Assembly: GCA_041652835.1 (NCBI GenBank)
Contig: JBAZGP010000001.1
Location: 1 to 41,558 of the forward strand
Source: Lutibacter sp.
GTDB taxonomy: Bacteria; Bacteroidota; Bacteroidia; Flavobacteriales; Flavobacteriaceae
Direction of reading: 5' to 3'
DNA length: 41,558 nt
Under the pieces are notes generated by a model. The model was not told the origin of the DNA, did no database searches, and saw nothing but the letters and a program-made list of their open reading frames with translations. The translations under genes were made by a program, and so were the position numbers. Positions 8,901-17,430 of the stretch are shown here, in pieces. The first letter of the stretch is position 1, and every line of letters begins with the position of its first letter.

Positions 8901-9360
8901 CAGTAACGGCGTTAGCGAATTCTGGAAAATATTGGAATGGCTGTATGAACATGGTCGCTTGCGTGAAGGCTTGCAATTTCAACTTGAAAGTAAAGCTGTT
9001 TACAAATTAAAAGTTGGTAAGGAAGATATTGATTATGAAAATTATGAGGGTAATGAACTTTTATTTCTTCGTTTAAGCAGTGTGCATCAAGATTATGTGA
9101 AAGAAGCCAGTACACGTGATGGTGTTGATATTATTGGTGAAACTACCTTACGCAATTACTTTAAAAACAGAAGCTATTTTATTGGCAAGAGTGAAGGTAA
9201 AAAATTCGATGGAAAAAATACTTCCAGTTATGTGTTTAACTATACAAAAATGAAATTATTAAATATTGTGAATTTAGATATGCCTATAAAAAATCAAGCT
9301 GAGCAATCCACAATAAAAATGCCTGACGAAGCGGCTGAAGAAGATGATTTACCATACTAA
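5911..9360 (+). CDS. dnaG: DnaG-type primase fused to a C-terminal P-loop helicase-like domain
   Basis: Degenerate CHC2 region (SPF..EKTPSF..CFSSG), GFGGR, KYLNSKE, TOPRIM EGYTDV and DADKPG; Walker A GEKDSGKS, Walker B IIACDE. Confidence 0.93.
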   Translation: MYTKESIDKVRDTDIVQTIMKYVELKKSGSGYEGFSPFVAEKTPSFKVSQSKQIFKCFSSGKGGDAISFIEAHEKVNFYEAIEIIAKIHSISLERVQETEVAKRSRIVIETMEEFSTKVASIYRNNFFTLEPTHWAKEMINVERGFSDEIQIDFQIGYGLLENQITNYSQETGNFENAKKLGLVNTKESSTYDVFKKRVIFPIHNHRGKVVGFGGRRSNDEADANYAKYLNSKESDIFDKSSILYGLWQAKEAINRKGFAILTEGYTDVIAMHQHFCDNTVASMGTALTEQHLKLLGRYCKHIVVLRDADKPGQAAAEKDLNAGLDNGFTIDVCSLPLGEDPDSFCRKEKDVEAWIDQNKKDGIYWITELLFSEENIVRDNYQREVDDLNESLKINVKALEADIVSVDDLEDVAEIKQAKLHNKTVLADVERFKKDHLQEVKNLVKIDVRKKSAALKKICEILFKIKREAVRFEYIKEVSKITEYTPGTIKLEIGNLEKEATEKRINDTGKFKSSKKNLPKGADPEEYNEFGFVSIKGSYHFENSNGTFFEATDYLFNPLYHILGRRENKRIVELINDAGKRRLIDFDSGLLADFGRFRRELYKLGGFRFKIENGFRTEHFERFVGRFDREFEPAKELFSMGWNKNGFWAFADGIHYKNQFTKVNKYGIVRLEGINKTEVIDEYNDEIENYYSPAFSVMHKQNEEDDDPYENDRSFVYRKSPVTLLEWENQMITVFGEKGKIGITYVFAAIFRDLFMTNYKTFPILGCFGEKDSGKSTFGELLQNFFYTDLKALDISQATHVGFTRLVSRCHNTIIACDEYSDKGVDPKIQQGVMGSYGGLGRAKGLNTGDKRTTNDKINSSIVLMGQWLPAIFDNALVTRIIALMFPSSKFTPEQKEEYNKLVNWMIPGVSSLILEILEHRTYFEKQLPIVYNQVTRTLKEKLKDKEYQERVLENVTKLLVTYKILADKISIPFNEVDFEAICINTIIENSEQISDSNGVSEFWKILEWLYEHGRLREGLQFQLESKAVYKLKVGKEDIDYENYEGNELLFLRLSSVHQDYVKEASTRDGVDIIGETTLRNYFKNRSYFIGKSEGKKFDGKNTSSYVFNYTKMKLLNIVNLDMPIKNQAEQSTIKMPDEAAEEDDLPY

Positions 9361-9372
9361 AATTTAACAATC

Positions 9373-9663
9373 ATGAGCGCAAAAGTTTTAAAAACAAATC
9401 CAATTACCGTAGAAATTGAATTGGTAATTGCCAAACCCGATGATTTAAAAGAAATAGATTATTACAAAGATATGGGCGAAGGATTGCCAAAAGAAAAGGT
9501 TATGAAACGCCGCCTTGGCGTTCCTTATTGGCTTATAAACTCCAAAGGCGAAGTTGAGGCCCATCCTTACATCATTCACAAAGAAACCGATGTAAAACAA
9601 CTGGCCATGTATTTAAAAAACGAACAATTGTTAATAGCTAAAAGCCGCTTTCAAACCAATTAA
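9373..9663 (+). CDS. Hypothetical protein
   Basis: ORF track, co-oriented. Confidence 0.65.
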   Translation: MSAKVLKTNPITVEIELVIAKPDDLKEIDYYKDMGEGLPKEKVMKRRLGVPYWLINSKGEVEAHPYIIHKETDVKQLAMYLKNEQLLIAKSRFQTN

Positions 9664-9667
9664 AAAA

Positions 9668-10081
9668 ATGGTAATAGAATCAAGAAATAGACCAGGAGGC
9701 TACTTTATAAACGGAAAGTTTGTTTTAGCAGTTAATTGGGAAATATCCAAAGAAAATTTCACCAAAGGAGAGCAACAGGAATTTTTAAGTTTTTTGCTTG
9801 GAAAGTTGCTGAAAAAGATAGAATCAGACATTAACAAATTGAATTTAGCAACCTATAATAATGTAAAAACAAACCTATATATGAGTTCAATAGTTAAAAG
9901 AGAAAAAACCGAAATTAAATACACAAACAACTTTTTAGCCTGGTTAAAATCTGAACCAATAGAAGATCAGGATAACTATAGCCTTAAAGCATTATTTGAA
10001 ATATACATCAATCAAATATGTTGGAATGAAATTGAAAAGGACCCGGAACTGGAAGCCTCAGATTTAATACTTAGAATGTAA
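9668..10081 (+). CDS. Hypothetical protein
   Basis: ORF track, co-oriented. Confidence 0.6.
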   Translation: MVIESRNRPGGYFINGKFVLAVNWEISKENFTKGEQQEFLSFLLGKLLKKIESDINKLNLATYNNVKTNLYMSSIVKREKTEIKYTNNFLAWLKSEPIEDQDNYSLKALFEIYINQICWNEIEKDPELEASDLILRM

Positions 10082-10084
10082 AAA

Positions 10085-10504
10085 ATGAAAAAAACAGCAC
10101 ACGAATTTAAAGGCGGTTGGGGAAAAATAATTATTGAAGCCCCAACGCAAAAAGCGGCCAAAAAGGCTTTGCAAAGTTTCAAATTGAAAATTCTCTATTT
10201 AACGGTACACAAACAAGCATTTGATGTGATGGTAACGGGTGAAAAAACAAATGAATTCAGAAAATATACCAAATGGATTATTTCACGTCTTATAGACAAA
10301 AAAACGCTTAAACCAAAAGAATATGATGTTGTGAAGATTGTAAATGGTTACGGAAACTCCAGACCTTATTTTATAGCTGAATTTAAAGGGTTTTTCTATG
10401 CCGAATTATTTTCTGTCATTCATTATTCCAATGGATTGCAAGTAAAACAAGAACCCGGTGATTTTGTGATAAAACTTGGTAAAATAACGGAGCGAAAACA
10501 TTGA
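10085..10504 (+). CDS. ASCH/PUA-like domain protein
   Basis: LYLTVHKQAFDVMVTGEKTNEFR (GxKxxExR motif), NGY, and FVIKLG near the C-terminus. Confidence 0.8.
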   Translation: MKKTAHEFKGGWGKIIIEAPTQKAAKKALQSFKLKILYLTVHKQAFDVMVTGEKTNEFRKYTKWIISRLIDKKTLKPKEYDVVKIVNGYGNSRPYFIAEFKGFFYAELFSVIHYSNGLQVKQEPGDFVIKLGKITERKH

Positions 10505-10536
10505 AATTAATTAACCATAAACCAAACCTTTAAAAA

Positions 10537-10668
10537 ATGAGCCCAGAAACGTCAAAACCAATACCGCCTATGTTAAATATTTTATTCAAACTAAAATCCG
10601 GATTTGCAAAGTTCATAAAGTTTATGGAAGAACAGGCTAAGGATTGCCCTAGAGAAACGAAATGGTAG
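10537..10668 (+). CDS. 43-aa protein whose stop codon begins the attC-like site flank
   Basis: Translated by hand, MSPETSKP...CPRETKW*. Confidence 0.5.
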   Translation: MSPETSKPIPPMLNILFKLKSGFAKFIKFMEEQAKDCPRETKW

Positions 10669-10747
10669 CATTGTATTTAACTTACTGATTAAAATTTGGT
10701 GTAGCGTAGCGAATCAATTTTATCAGTTGTTAAATACAGTGCGATTT
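10666..10747 (+). repeat. attC-like site 1 (ATTTAAC 10675-10681 ... GTTAAAT 10729-10735)
   Basis: RYYYAAC/GTTRRRY cores and a bulged inner stem ACTGATtAAAATtTG/CAATTTTATCAGT; outer flanks recur at 20491 and 21689. Confidence 0.7.
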
Positions 10748-10803
10748 GAAAAAACTTACTTAAAATGAATTGGAATCAAAAAAAATTTTAAAACTCAATT
10801 ACA

Positions 10804-10974
10804 ATGAAAAACATCTTAAATCTTTTAGACAAATATGAGAATAGACACGACGGTAATCTACATAAAATCATTAGTTTTTCTGATGGAAGTGGAACAATAA
10901 TTAATTGTGAAGCTGAATCTGAAATTTTTCAATTTGAAACCCAAGAAGAGTTAGAAAATTTTTTAAAAAATTAA
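10804..10974 (+). CDS. 56-aa hypothetical protein
   Basis: Translated by hand, MKNILNLLDKYENRHDG...LENFLKN*. Confidence 0.55.
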   Translation: MKNILNLLDKYENRHDGNLHKIISFSDGSGTIINCEAESEIFQFETQEELENFLKN

Positions 10975-10998
10975 CCTAAAAACTAAATTAGAATAAAA

Positions 10999-11541
10999 AT
11001 GAAAAATCTAAAAAATGTAAAATTTATAGCAAAAGATTGGTCAAATAATGAACCGATAATTGGTAATTTATCAGTTAGATGCAAAAAAACTTTAAAAACT
11101 TTTGACGAATTAAAAGTTACACGTGAAGACGGTACAAGTTTCGACACTAATCATCATGGATATATTATTGGAATTGAAACGGAAGGTGGATTTGTTATGG
11201 TTAATCCAGAAACTATTTTTCTTCCTGAAAAAGTAACAAGCGCCACTAATAAAGTAACAATAGGCTTTGTTAATTGGCTAATGGAAAATTGCGAATTAGC
11301 GGAAGATAACTCACTTTGGAGTTATAATGGTGAAGATTACACAAACAAAAAATTATTTAAAATTTACAAAAACGAAATTAAAGCGGAAGTAGACAATAAA
11401 AAAGAGGGATTTGAACTAATAGAAATATTACTTAACGAATTTCATAATGATTTAGCTAAAAACATTATTGATATGAAAATCTATAAACCATTGAGTTCTG
11501 ATTTGTTGATTATTAAAGAAAAAATTCATCTTCTTAAATAA
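10999..11541 (+). CDS. Hypothetical protein, YopX-like N-terminus
   Basis: VKFIAKD...IIGNL...VNPETI pattern; C-terminus looks composite. Confidence 0.5.
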   Translation: MKNLKNVKFIAKDWSNNEPIIGNLSVRCKKTLKTFDELKVTREDGTSFDTNHHGYIIGIETEGGFVMVNPETIFLPEKVTSATNKVTIGFVNWLMENCELAEDNSLWSYNGEDYTNKKLFKIYKNEIKAEVDNKKEGFELIEILLNEFHNDLAKNIIDMKIYKPLSSDLLIIKEKIHLLK

Positions 11542-11546
11542 AAATT

Positions 11547-12323
11547 ATGGTACTTACTCGCCTAGGCAATAAAAGAAGAATGAAAACTCAGCTTTCAACT
11601 TATTTTCCAAATCATAAAATGAGAATAGAATTATTTTTTGGCGCTGGAGGCTCTTTTTTTTATTTACCTGAGCCTAAATTTTCTATTCTAAATGATCTGG
11701 ATGATGATGTAACTAATTTATACCTGGTAATTCTTGATCAAAAAGAGGAATTTAAAAAACAAGTTGCGATGTTACCAATTTCAGAATCTTTAATAAATTA
11801 TTGGAGGTGTAATTTAGAAACTGAGCCAATGAAAAAAGCCTTGCGCTTTTTATTACTTTCTAACTTTACGTATTTAGGCAAAGGAGATACTTTACGGCTG
11901 GGAAAAGATCACAGCAAAAGAAACTTATTAAATAGAATTGAACCCACGTTTTTAAAGCTGCAAAACGCTAAAATAACCAATGTAGATTTTAGGGATGTTT
12001 TAGGGAAAATTTCCTTCGATAAAAATGTTACGCCAAAAAACGAATGCTTTGTTTATTTGGATCCAGTTTATTTAGATACTGAACATTATTATAAGGTTCC
12101 AGATTGGAAGCCATCCGACACCGAAGATTGTTTTAAAATTATGGCTAATTGTGGTATTAAAACTGCTATGTCGGAATTTGACCATGAGCAGGTTTTAGAT
12201 TTTGCTTCAGATTATAAAATGAATGTAATCAATTTAAAAACTCGTCAAAATATTAAAAATAAACGGCAAGAACTGTTAATTACTAATTACGATGCCAAAC
12301 AACAAATTTCATTAAATATTTAA
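11547..12323 (+). CDS. Orphan DNA N6-adenine methyltransferase (D12/Dam-like class)
   Basis: RLGNK, ELFFGAGG (motif I), LNDLD, YLDPVY (motif IV variant), ELLITNY. Confidence 0.9.
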   Translation: MVLTRLGNKRRMKTQLSTYFPNHKMRIELFFGAGGSFFYLPEPKFSILNDLDDDVTNLYLVILDQKEEFKKQVAMLPISESLINYWRCNLETEPMKKALRFLLLSNFTYLGKGDTLRLGKDHSKRNLLNRIEPTFLKLQNAKITNVDFRDVLGKISFDKNVTPKNECFVYLDPVYLDTEHYYKVPDWKPSDTEDCFKIMANCGIKTAMSEFDHEQVLDFASDYKMNVINLKTRQNIKNKRQELLITNYDAKQQISLNI

Positions 12324-12332
12324 AACCAAATT

Positions 12333-12524
12333 ATGCAAGTAAAAAATAATGATGGTAGCTATGGCGACTTAGTTCCTTTTGATCAAGATGAAATGGAAAC
12401 ACTCCTTTCAAATCCGGATACGGAAAGTGTGGAAGTATTTAAAGCTTCAGACAAGCAAATTATAAAGCACAATAAATACAGTGTTGGAAAACGCTTTAAA
12501 AAAGTACCCAGAATTAAAAAGTAA
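12333..12524 (+). CDS. Hypothetical protein
   Basis: ORF track. Confidence 0.6.
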   Translation: MQVKNNDGSYGDLVPFDQDEMETLLSNPDTESVEVFKASDKQIIKHNKYSVGKRFKKVPRIKK

Positions 12525-12527
12525 CTT

Positions 12528-12695
12528 ATGGAATGGACTAGTAAAATGGTTAAAGAAAAAATGTCAGTTGAAAAAGTAAGCACTTTGCTCCTGGCGTTAG
12601 AAATAATTGCAAATGGTGATCCAATAGGAATTGGAGTGGATGAAGTTAAAGGAGTTTGCCAAAAAGCATTAGAAGTTTTTAATAAGGATGATTAA
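12528..12695 (+). CDS. 55-aa hypothetical protein
   Basis: Translated by hand, MEWTSKMVKEK...VFNKDD*. Confidence 0.55.
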   Translation: MEWTSKMVKEKMSVEKVSTLLLALEIIANGDPIGIGVDEVKGVCQKALEVFNKDD

Positions 12696-12743
12696 GTAAT
12701 TAAATTTTCAATGCAACAATCAAGTAACATTCCGTTGTGGGAT

Positions 12744-12771
12744 AAAAAGACTGCCGGTAGGCGGTCTTTTT
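12744..12771 (+). terminator. Bidirectional intrinsic terminator ending the early operon
   Basis: AAAAAGACTGCC-GGTA-GGCGGTCTTTTT. Confidence 0.75.
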
Positions 12772-12829
12772 GCATATATTTTCTATTCACTACAATTTAC
12801 AACTTTTGGAAATTTTTGTTTTTGGCTCG

Positions 12830-13170
12830 TCCCCCGTACCCCCTCAATATAAAACATCGGGTAAAAGGTAATGAGCGAAATCTAATTTTTTGGGAAAGAC
12901 AAATGTTTTAGAACCTACTCACCTACTTTTATATTAATAGTATAGATATTATTTATATAACATACTATATATTAAGATTTTAAATAAAAAAAACTCGGTA
13001 GGTGCTAGGTGTAAAAAAGGTAGGTAATAGGTAGGTGCTTTAAAAAATACAAAACCTACCTTTTTTACTGAAACCTACCTAGTACCTACCTTTTTAAAAT
13101 AGCTTTAATTTATTTATATAACTGATAATCAGTAATATTAGGTTAAAAGTAGGTGAGTAGGTGGTTCTAA
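12830..13170. other. Putative replication origin (ACCTAC/GTAGGT iteron array)
   Basis: Non-coding; perfect 18-bp IR 12913-12930/13145-13162, inner clusters of GTAGGT and ACCTAC, AT-rich spacers. Confidence 0.6.
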
Positions 13171-13199
13171 TTCCTGAAAACTACCGGTCGGTTTAAAGA

Positions 13200-13235
13200 T
13201 GTCCTATTTATAAAAATGCCACTGCATTACATTTG
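13200..13235 (+). promoter_or_regulatory. Late-type promoter TGTCCTA-N21-TACATTTG
   Basis: Motif recurs with identical spacing at six sites. Confidence 0.7.
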
Positions 13236-13255
13236 ATTTACTAAATAATTTTAAA

Positions 13256-13468
13256 ATGGAAATTTCAGTATTAAGCGTTGGCGGTTCCAAAAAAAAACCA
13301 ACTCAGATTTATAAGCCTGTATCAAAAAAAGATTTGGAAGATCATTTAATGTTAATTGAAAAATTGAAGCAAAAACGGCAAACCTTTAAAATTGTTGAAA
13401 AGGGTGTTGAAAATAAATACTATTTTAACGGAAATAACTATATAATTAGCTCTAAAGTAGTTAAATAA
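13256..13468 (+). CDS. Hypothetical protein
   Basis: ORF track; follows the promoter motif. Confidence 0.6.
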   Translation: MEISVLSVGGSKKKPTQIYKPVSKKDLEDHLMLIEKLKQKRQTFKIVEKGVENKYYFNGNNYIISSKVVK

Positions 13469-13484
13469 GTATTATATTCGTCTA

Positions 13485-13979
13485 ATGGCTGCGGAACTAA
13501 TTTACACCAAAGAACCACTACGAGTAAAAGTGCCAATGAAACCGTATGTGGTTAAATTCTTATTAAAAAAATTTGGGAAAACGCATAAAGCTTCAAAAAA
13601 TTCGTGGCTAGGTTTAAATGCTATTGAATTGCTTAGAAAAGATTATTGCAAGCCGGTTAAATTGACCTCTAAAAATTATTTTACCATTGTAATACCTTAC
13701 TCGCTTTGTGTTCAAAACGGCCATTTTGTAGATTATACGAAGTTTCCGGAACTTGAAAAAAAGTGTGAGAACATTTTCCGCAATTTTATGTATGATTTTA
13801 TACAAATTAATTCTGTAAATGCTGGGAGCGGTGGCGTTACCAGAAGCCTTCGAAATTTTTTGGCATTTTATAAAATTAATGAGGATGAATTGAAATCAGA
13901 TTCCGTTTACCGACAATATATGAGGTATTTGAATGAACAAATGACAGATTTAAAAACTGATAAAAAAAAAGCGTCGTAA
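13485..13979 (+). CDS. Putative late-gene transcription regulator
   Basis: RHH-like N-terminus (RVKVPMKPYVVKFL) and helical C-terminus; lies just before the structural genes; function inferred. Confidence 0.45.
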   Translation: MAAELIYTKEPLRVKVPMKPYVVKFLLKKFGKTHKASKNSWLGLNAIELLRKDYCKPVKLTSKNYFTIVIPYSLCVQNGHFVDYTKFPELEKKCENIFRNFMYDFIQINSVNAGSGGVTRSLRNFLAFYKINEDELKSDSVYRQYMRYLNEQMTDLKTDKKKAS

Positions 13980-14040
13980 AACTTTCATTTTTAGAGAGTT
14001 AATTTATGACTGAATTGTTTAAAATAAAAAAGTGTCCTAA

Positions 14041-14520
14041 ATGAAAATAGTAAGTTTAATGCAAAGAGAACAAATAGGCGGTTTTCACAGCATAGAAGTA
14101 ATTACGCTTGAAGATATTATTTTTTGTCCGCATATTTTAACCAACGAAAACGCATCCACTTTTCAATATACCAAAGGTTATAGTGATGCTGTTGAAATTA
14201 TGCCTGTTGGTGAAACGCTGGCTGTTGGTTCATCAACCACAAAAACAAGTTCAGGCAGATTATTTAATATTACAGCCACTTTTGAAGTGTTATATTTAGA
14301 TGCTCCTATTGACACAATTTTTAATAATTTTCAGCATAAAAAGGTAGTTGTAAAAGCAAATAAATACGACGGAACTTCTATTATATATGGCAGCGTTCGT
14401 TATCCGCTTACTTTTTATTATGATCTCACAAACTCTAAAAAAGCTGAAAGCCCTTCAAAATTTAAGGCTAAAATTACCGGTAAAATATCTCAAAAACCCG
14501 TAATTTATAAGCCTATATAA
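14041..14520 (+). CDS. Putative virion structural protein
   Basis: Beta-rich, with a pattern reminiscent of tail tube folds; precedes the protease. Confidence 0.5.
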   Translation: MKIVSLMQREQIGGFHSIEVITLEDIIFCPHILTNENASTFQYTKGYSDAVEIMPVGETLAVGSSTTKTSSGRLFNITATFEVLYLDAPIDTIFNNFQHKKVVVKANKYDGTSIIYGSVRYPLTFYYDLTNSKKAESPSKFKAKITGKISQKPVIYKPI

Positions 14521-14523
14521 AAG

Positions 14524-14559
14524 TGTCCTATTTAAAGCTGCTGTATTAAAATAGGTTTG
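14524..14559 (+). promoter_or_regulatory. Late-type promoter TGTCCTA-N21-TAGGTTTG
   Basis: Upstream of the protease-capsid operon. Confidence 0.75.
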
Positions 14560-14582
14560 TAATGTGCTAAAGCATATTACAG

Positions 14583-15881
14583 ATGGATATTAGTAACGTA
14601 CATTCTTTATTAAGTGATAAATGGTTTATCAACCAATCATACGGACAGGCTTTAATGCCTACTTTATTTTCAATTTTAAGTGGAAATAAAATTTCTATTG
14701 AAAAAACTAAAACTCCTGAAGCTTTCATTTCATCTGAAAATAAATCAATAGTTGCAAGCAATTTTGATTCTTCAAACAATAATGAGGACTATGTTTTAAT
14801 TGTTTCTTTAAAAAACCCAATTACAAAATATAATCAATATTGTGGTCCTGAGGGAACAAAGTCAAAACAACAAACAATGGCATCTTATGAGGGAGACCCT
14901 AAATGCAAAGGTGTTGTTTTAGATATTGATAGTGGTGGTGGTCAAGTTTCAGGCACTCCTGAATTTCACGATTTTATTAAAAACTATTCTAAGCCAGTTG
15001 TTGCTTATACTGATGGCTTAATGTGTAGTGCAGCTTATTATCTAGGAAGTGCTGCAAGTTACATTGTTGCAAATAAAAGGGCTGATGCTATTGGAAGTAT
15101 AGGTACTATGATTTCGTTTGTAGATATGACCGGATTTTATGAGAAAAAAGGAGCTAAAGTAATTACGGAATATGCTACAAAATCCACAGAAAAAAATAAA
15201 GATTTTGAAGACCTTTTAAAAGGTGATCCAACTGGTTATATAAAAAACGAGTTAGACCCAATTACAGACACTTTTCATGATGATGTGAAAGCAGCTAGAA
15301 AAAACTTAAATGAAGAAGTTTTAACTGGAGGAACTTATAATGCCAAAAAATCTATTACTAATGGACTTATTGATGAAATAGGAACTATGAAAACAGCAAT
15401 TGAAAAAGTCTTTTCATTAGCAAAAACTAAAAAAAGTAACACCCAAAATTCCAACCAAAATATGAAAGAAATTAAGGCTCCTAGCATTCAAAATGCTTTA
15501 GGATATGAAACTCCTTTTCAGGCAACTGATGAAGGTGTTTTTATGCAAGAAAGTGAAATTAACACTTTAGAAACCGCTTTAACTTCTGCAACTGCCAACG
15601 CAACTACTTTACAAGCCAATTTGGATACAGTGAACACCACTGTAACCGATACTGCAACTGTAATTGATGCTGCTTTAGACAATGCGGAAATTGAGCACAC
15701 TCCTGAAATGAGTTTAAGCGAAAAAATTACATTGCTAAACAACCAGCGCAATGAGTTTGCAAAAAAACCAAGCAAACAAAATACAGCTGCTATTAGTGAT
15801 GGTGATGATGCTCCAGATGGTGCGCCTATTAAAAAAGTATATGCTCATAACGAGTATGCAAAACAACTGTTAAACCAATAA
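14583..15881 (+). CDS. Prohead protease (S49/SppA family) with C-terminal scaffold region
   Basis: LDIDSGGG, MCSAAYYLGS, IGSIG, GLIDEIG; possible internal scaffold start at MKEIKAP. Confidence 0.9.
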   Translation: MDISNVHSLLSDKWFINQSYGQALMPTLFSILSGNKISIEKTKTPEAFISSENKSIVASNFDSSNNNEDYVLIVSLKNPITKYNQYCGPEGTKSKQQTMASYEGDPKCKGVVLDIDSGGGQVSGTPEFHDFIKNYSKPVVAYTDGLMCSAAYYLGSAASYIVANKRADAIGSIGTMISFVDMTGFYEKKGAKVITEYATKSTEKNKDFEDLLKGDPTGYIKNELDPITDTFHDDVKAARKNLNEEVLTGGTYNAKKSITNGLIDEIGTMKTAIEKVFSLAKTKKSNTQNSNQNMKEIKAPSIQNALGYETPFQATDEGVFMQESEINTLETALTSATANATTLQANLDTVNTTVTDTATVIDAALDNAEIEHTPEMSLSEKITLLNNQRNEFAKKPSKQNTAAISDGDDAPDGAPIKKVYAHNEYAKQLLNQ

Positions 15882-15895
15882 TTCAATTTTAAATT

Positions 15896-16909
15896 ATGCC
15901 AACAATTAGCGTAACAAGTGTAAAAGCCGAATTAGATGACTACATTGACAATAACAAAGATGTTATTTCTGTAGGCGTTTATGCCGGTGAAGTGCAGTTA
16001 GATAAATACTGCAAAAAGATTTCCTCTGTAAAAGGGAAATATCCTCAATTCCATAAAGTCTTGTCACGCGTTGTACAAGGTTTTAAAGCCGAATGGCAAG
16101 CATTAGGAGAGATGCAATTTAGAGCGAAAGTTTTACAAAACTTCCGTCAAAAAGTAAACTTACCAATAATTGTAGATGAAATTTACGGTACCTGGTTAAG
16201 CGATTTGAAAATTGAGGGGAAAACTCCTGAAGAGCAACCAATTTCTAAATTAATAATTCAGGAATTATTAGAAAAAGTGATTGACGATTTAAGCGATTTG
16301 TCAATTGTAGGAGATACATCGGCAGGTGTTGCCGACGGTAATTTTGGTTATTCAGTTAACGGAATTGGAAAAGTAATCAGCTTGGCTTTGGCCAATGTTG
16401 CAAATCCTGTTTACCGCATTCCTTTAGATGCTATTGTGCCTGCAAACATTTTAGATATGTTTAAGCAGTTTGAAAGAACCATACCTTCAAAAGTTCGTAA
16501 AAAAGTGAAACAAATTTTTTGCTCGGACAATGTGAAGTTAATGTACGGCGATGCTGTTGTTGAAAAATATGGAGATCATACCAATTACAGTGAAGACAGA
16601 ACCGGTAAATCCGAAACTTACAAATTTGAAATTGTTGGTTTAGAAGGTTTGGCTGATGATGTGATTTTTGCAACTGCCGATGGCAATATGCTAAAATTGA
16701 TTGATGTAATTGACAATCCGCCTACAATTACCGACACTCAAGTGCAAGATTATGTACTTAAAATCTTTATGGAATTTCATTTAGGTTATGATTTCGCAAT
16801 AAATGAAATTGTATTTGTTGCCGACTTTAATGCTTTGGCCGTTGCCGGATTACAAAGCAATGCTTTAAACGCATTGTATTATGATGCTGAAAACTTACCA
16901 TTAATTTAA
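15896..16909 (+). CDS. Major capsid protein
   Basis: 337 aa directly after the protease-scaffold; size and position fit. Confidence 0.75.
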   Translation: MPTISVTSVKAELDDYIDNNKDVISVGVYAGEVQLDKYCKKISSVKGKYPQFHKVLSRVVQGFKAEWQALGEMQFRAKVLQNFRQKVNLPIIVDEIYGTWLSDLKIEGKTPEEQPISKLIIQELLEKVIDDLSDLSIVGDTSAGVADGNFGYSVNGIGKVISLALANVANPVYRIPLDAIVPANILDMFKQFERTIPSKVRKKVKQIFCSDNVKLMYGDAVVEKYGDHTNYSEDRTGKSETYKFEIVGLEGLADDVIFATADGNMLKLIDVIDNPPTITDTQVQDYVLKIFMEFHLGYDFAINEIVFVADFNALAVAGLQSNALNALYYDAENLPLI

Positions 16910-16913
16910 TATT

Positions 16914-17429
16914 ATGGCAAAACAACAAGTAAAAACATCAGCGACTTCGGTTGCTGATGTTACACCAGAACAACTTCAATCTAAAGTTTTAGAACTTGAA
17001 GGATTATTAGCTGCTGAAAAAACAGCTAAAGAAGAACTTGGAAAAGCTTACAACGAATTGCAAAATGAATTTGTTGAAGTTTCAGGAGCCAAAGCGTCAT
17101 TAGAAACCAATGTAATTGCTTTAGGCGCTGAATTAGAAGCTGTTTTAGAAAGTAGAAAATTAGCTGAAGAAGCATTGGAAAAATTAATGTCTGCCTCGGT
17201 TCCAACAGAAACAAATGAAATTGATGTTGAAGCTGAAGAAATTGAAGAAGCCCGCCCGGAACATACTTTAACCGATGGCCGTAAATTTTCATTTACAAAA
17301 AAAGCCCCTAAACACTTAAAAGTTTTAGGTGTTGTTCATTCTCAGGCTGAATTGGTGAAGAATAAAGAAGCGATGGAATTCCTTATTTACGGAAATTCAT
17401 TTTTTGTTGAACAAATAAATTCAAAATAA
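16914..17429 (+). CDS. Hypothetical coiled-coil virion-module protein
   Basis: ORF track; E/A/L-rich heptads. Confidence 0.6.
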   Translation: MAKQQVKTSATSVADVTPEQLQSKVLELEGLLAAEKTAKEELGKAYNELQNEFVEVSGAKASLETNVIALGAELEAVLESRKLAEEALEKLMSASVPTETNEIDVEAEEIEEARPEHTLTDGRKFSFTKKAPKHLKVLGVVHSQAELVKNKEAMEFLIYGNSFFVEQINSK

Positions 17430-17430
17430 G

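Noticed and set aside
5901-9115. Short antisense or alternate-frame ORFs inside the primase, and likewise inside capsid, terminase, portal, spike and TMP
   Set aside because: Shadow ORFs wholly within long, well-supported genes, with no independent signals
12711-12911. 66-aa ORF from the track
   Set aside because: Runs through a terminator and into the origin-like region; composition is not convincing
12900-13170. CRISPR array
   Set aside because: Repeat units are ~6 bp in both orientations, with no regular 25-45 bp repeat-spacer period
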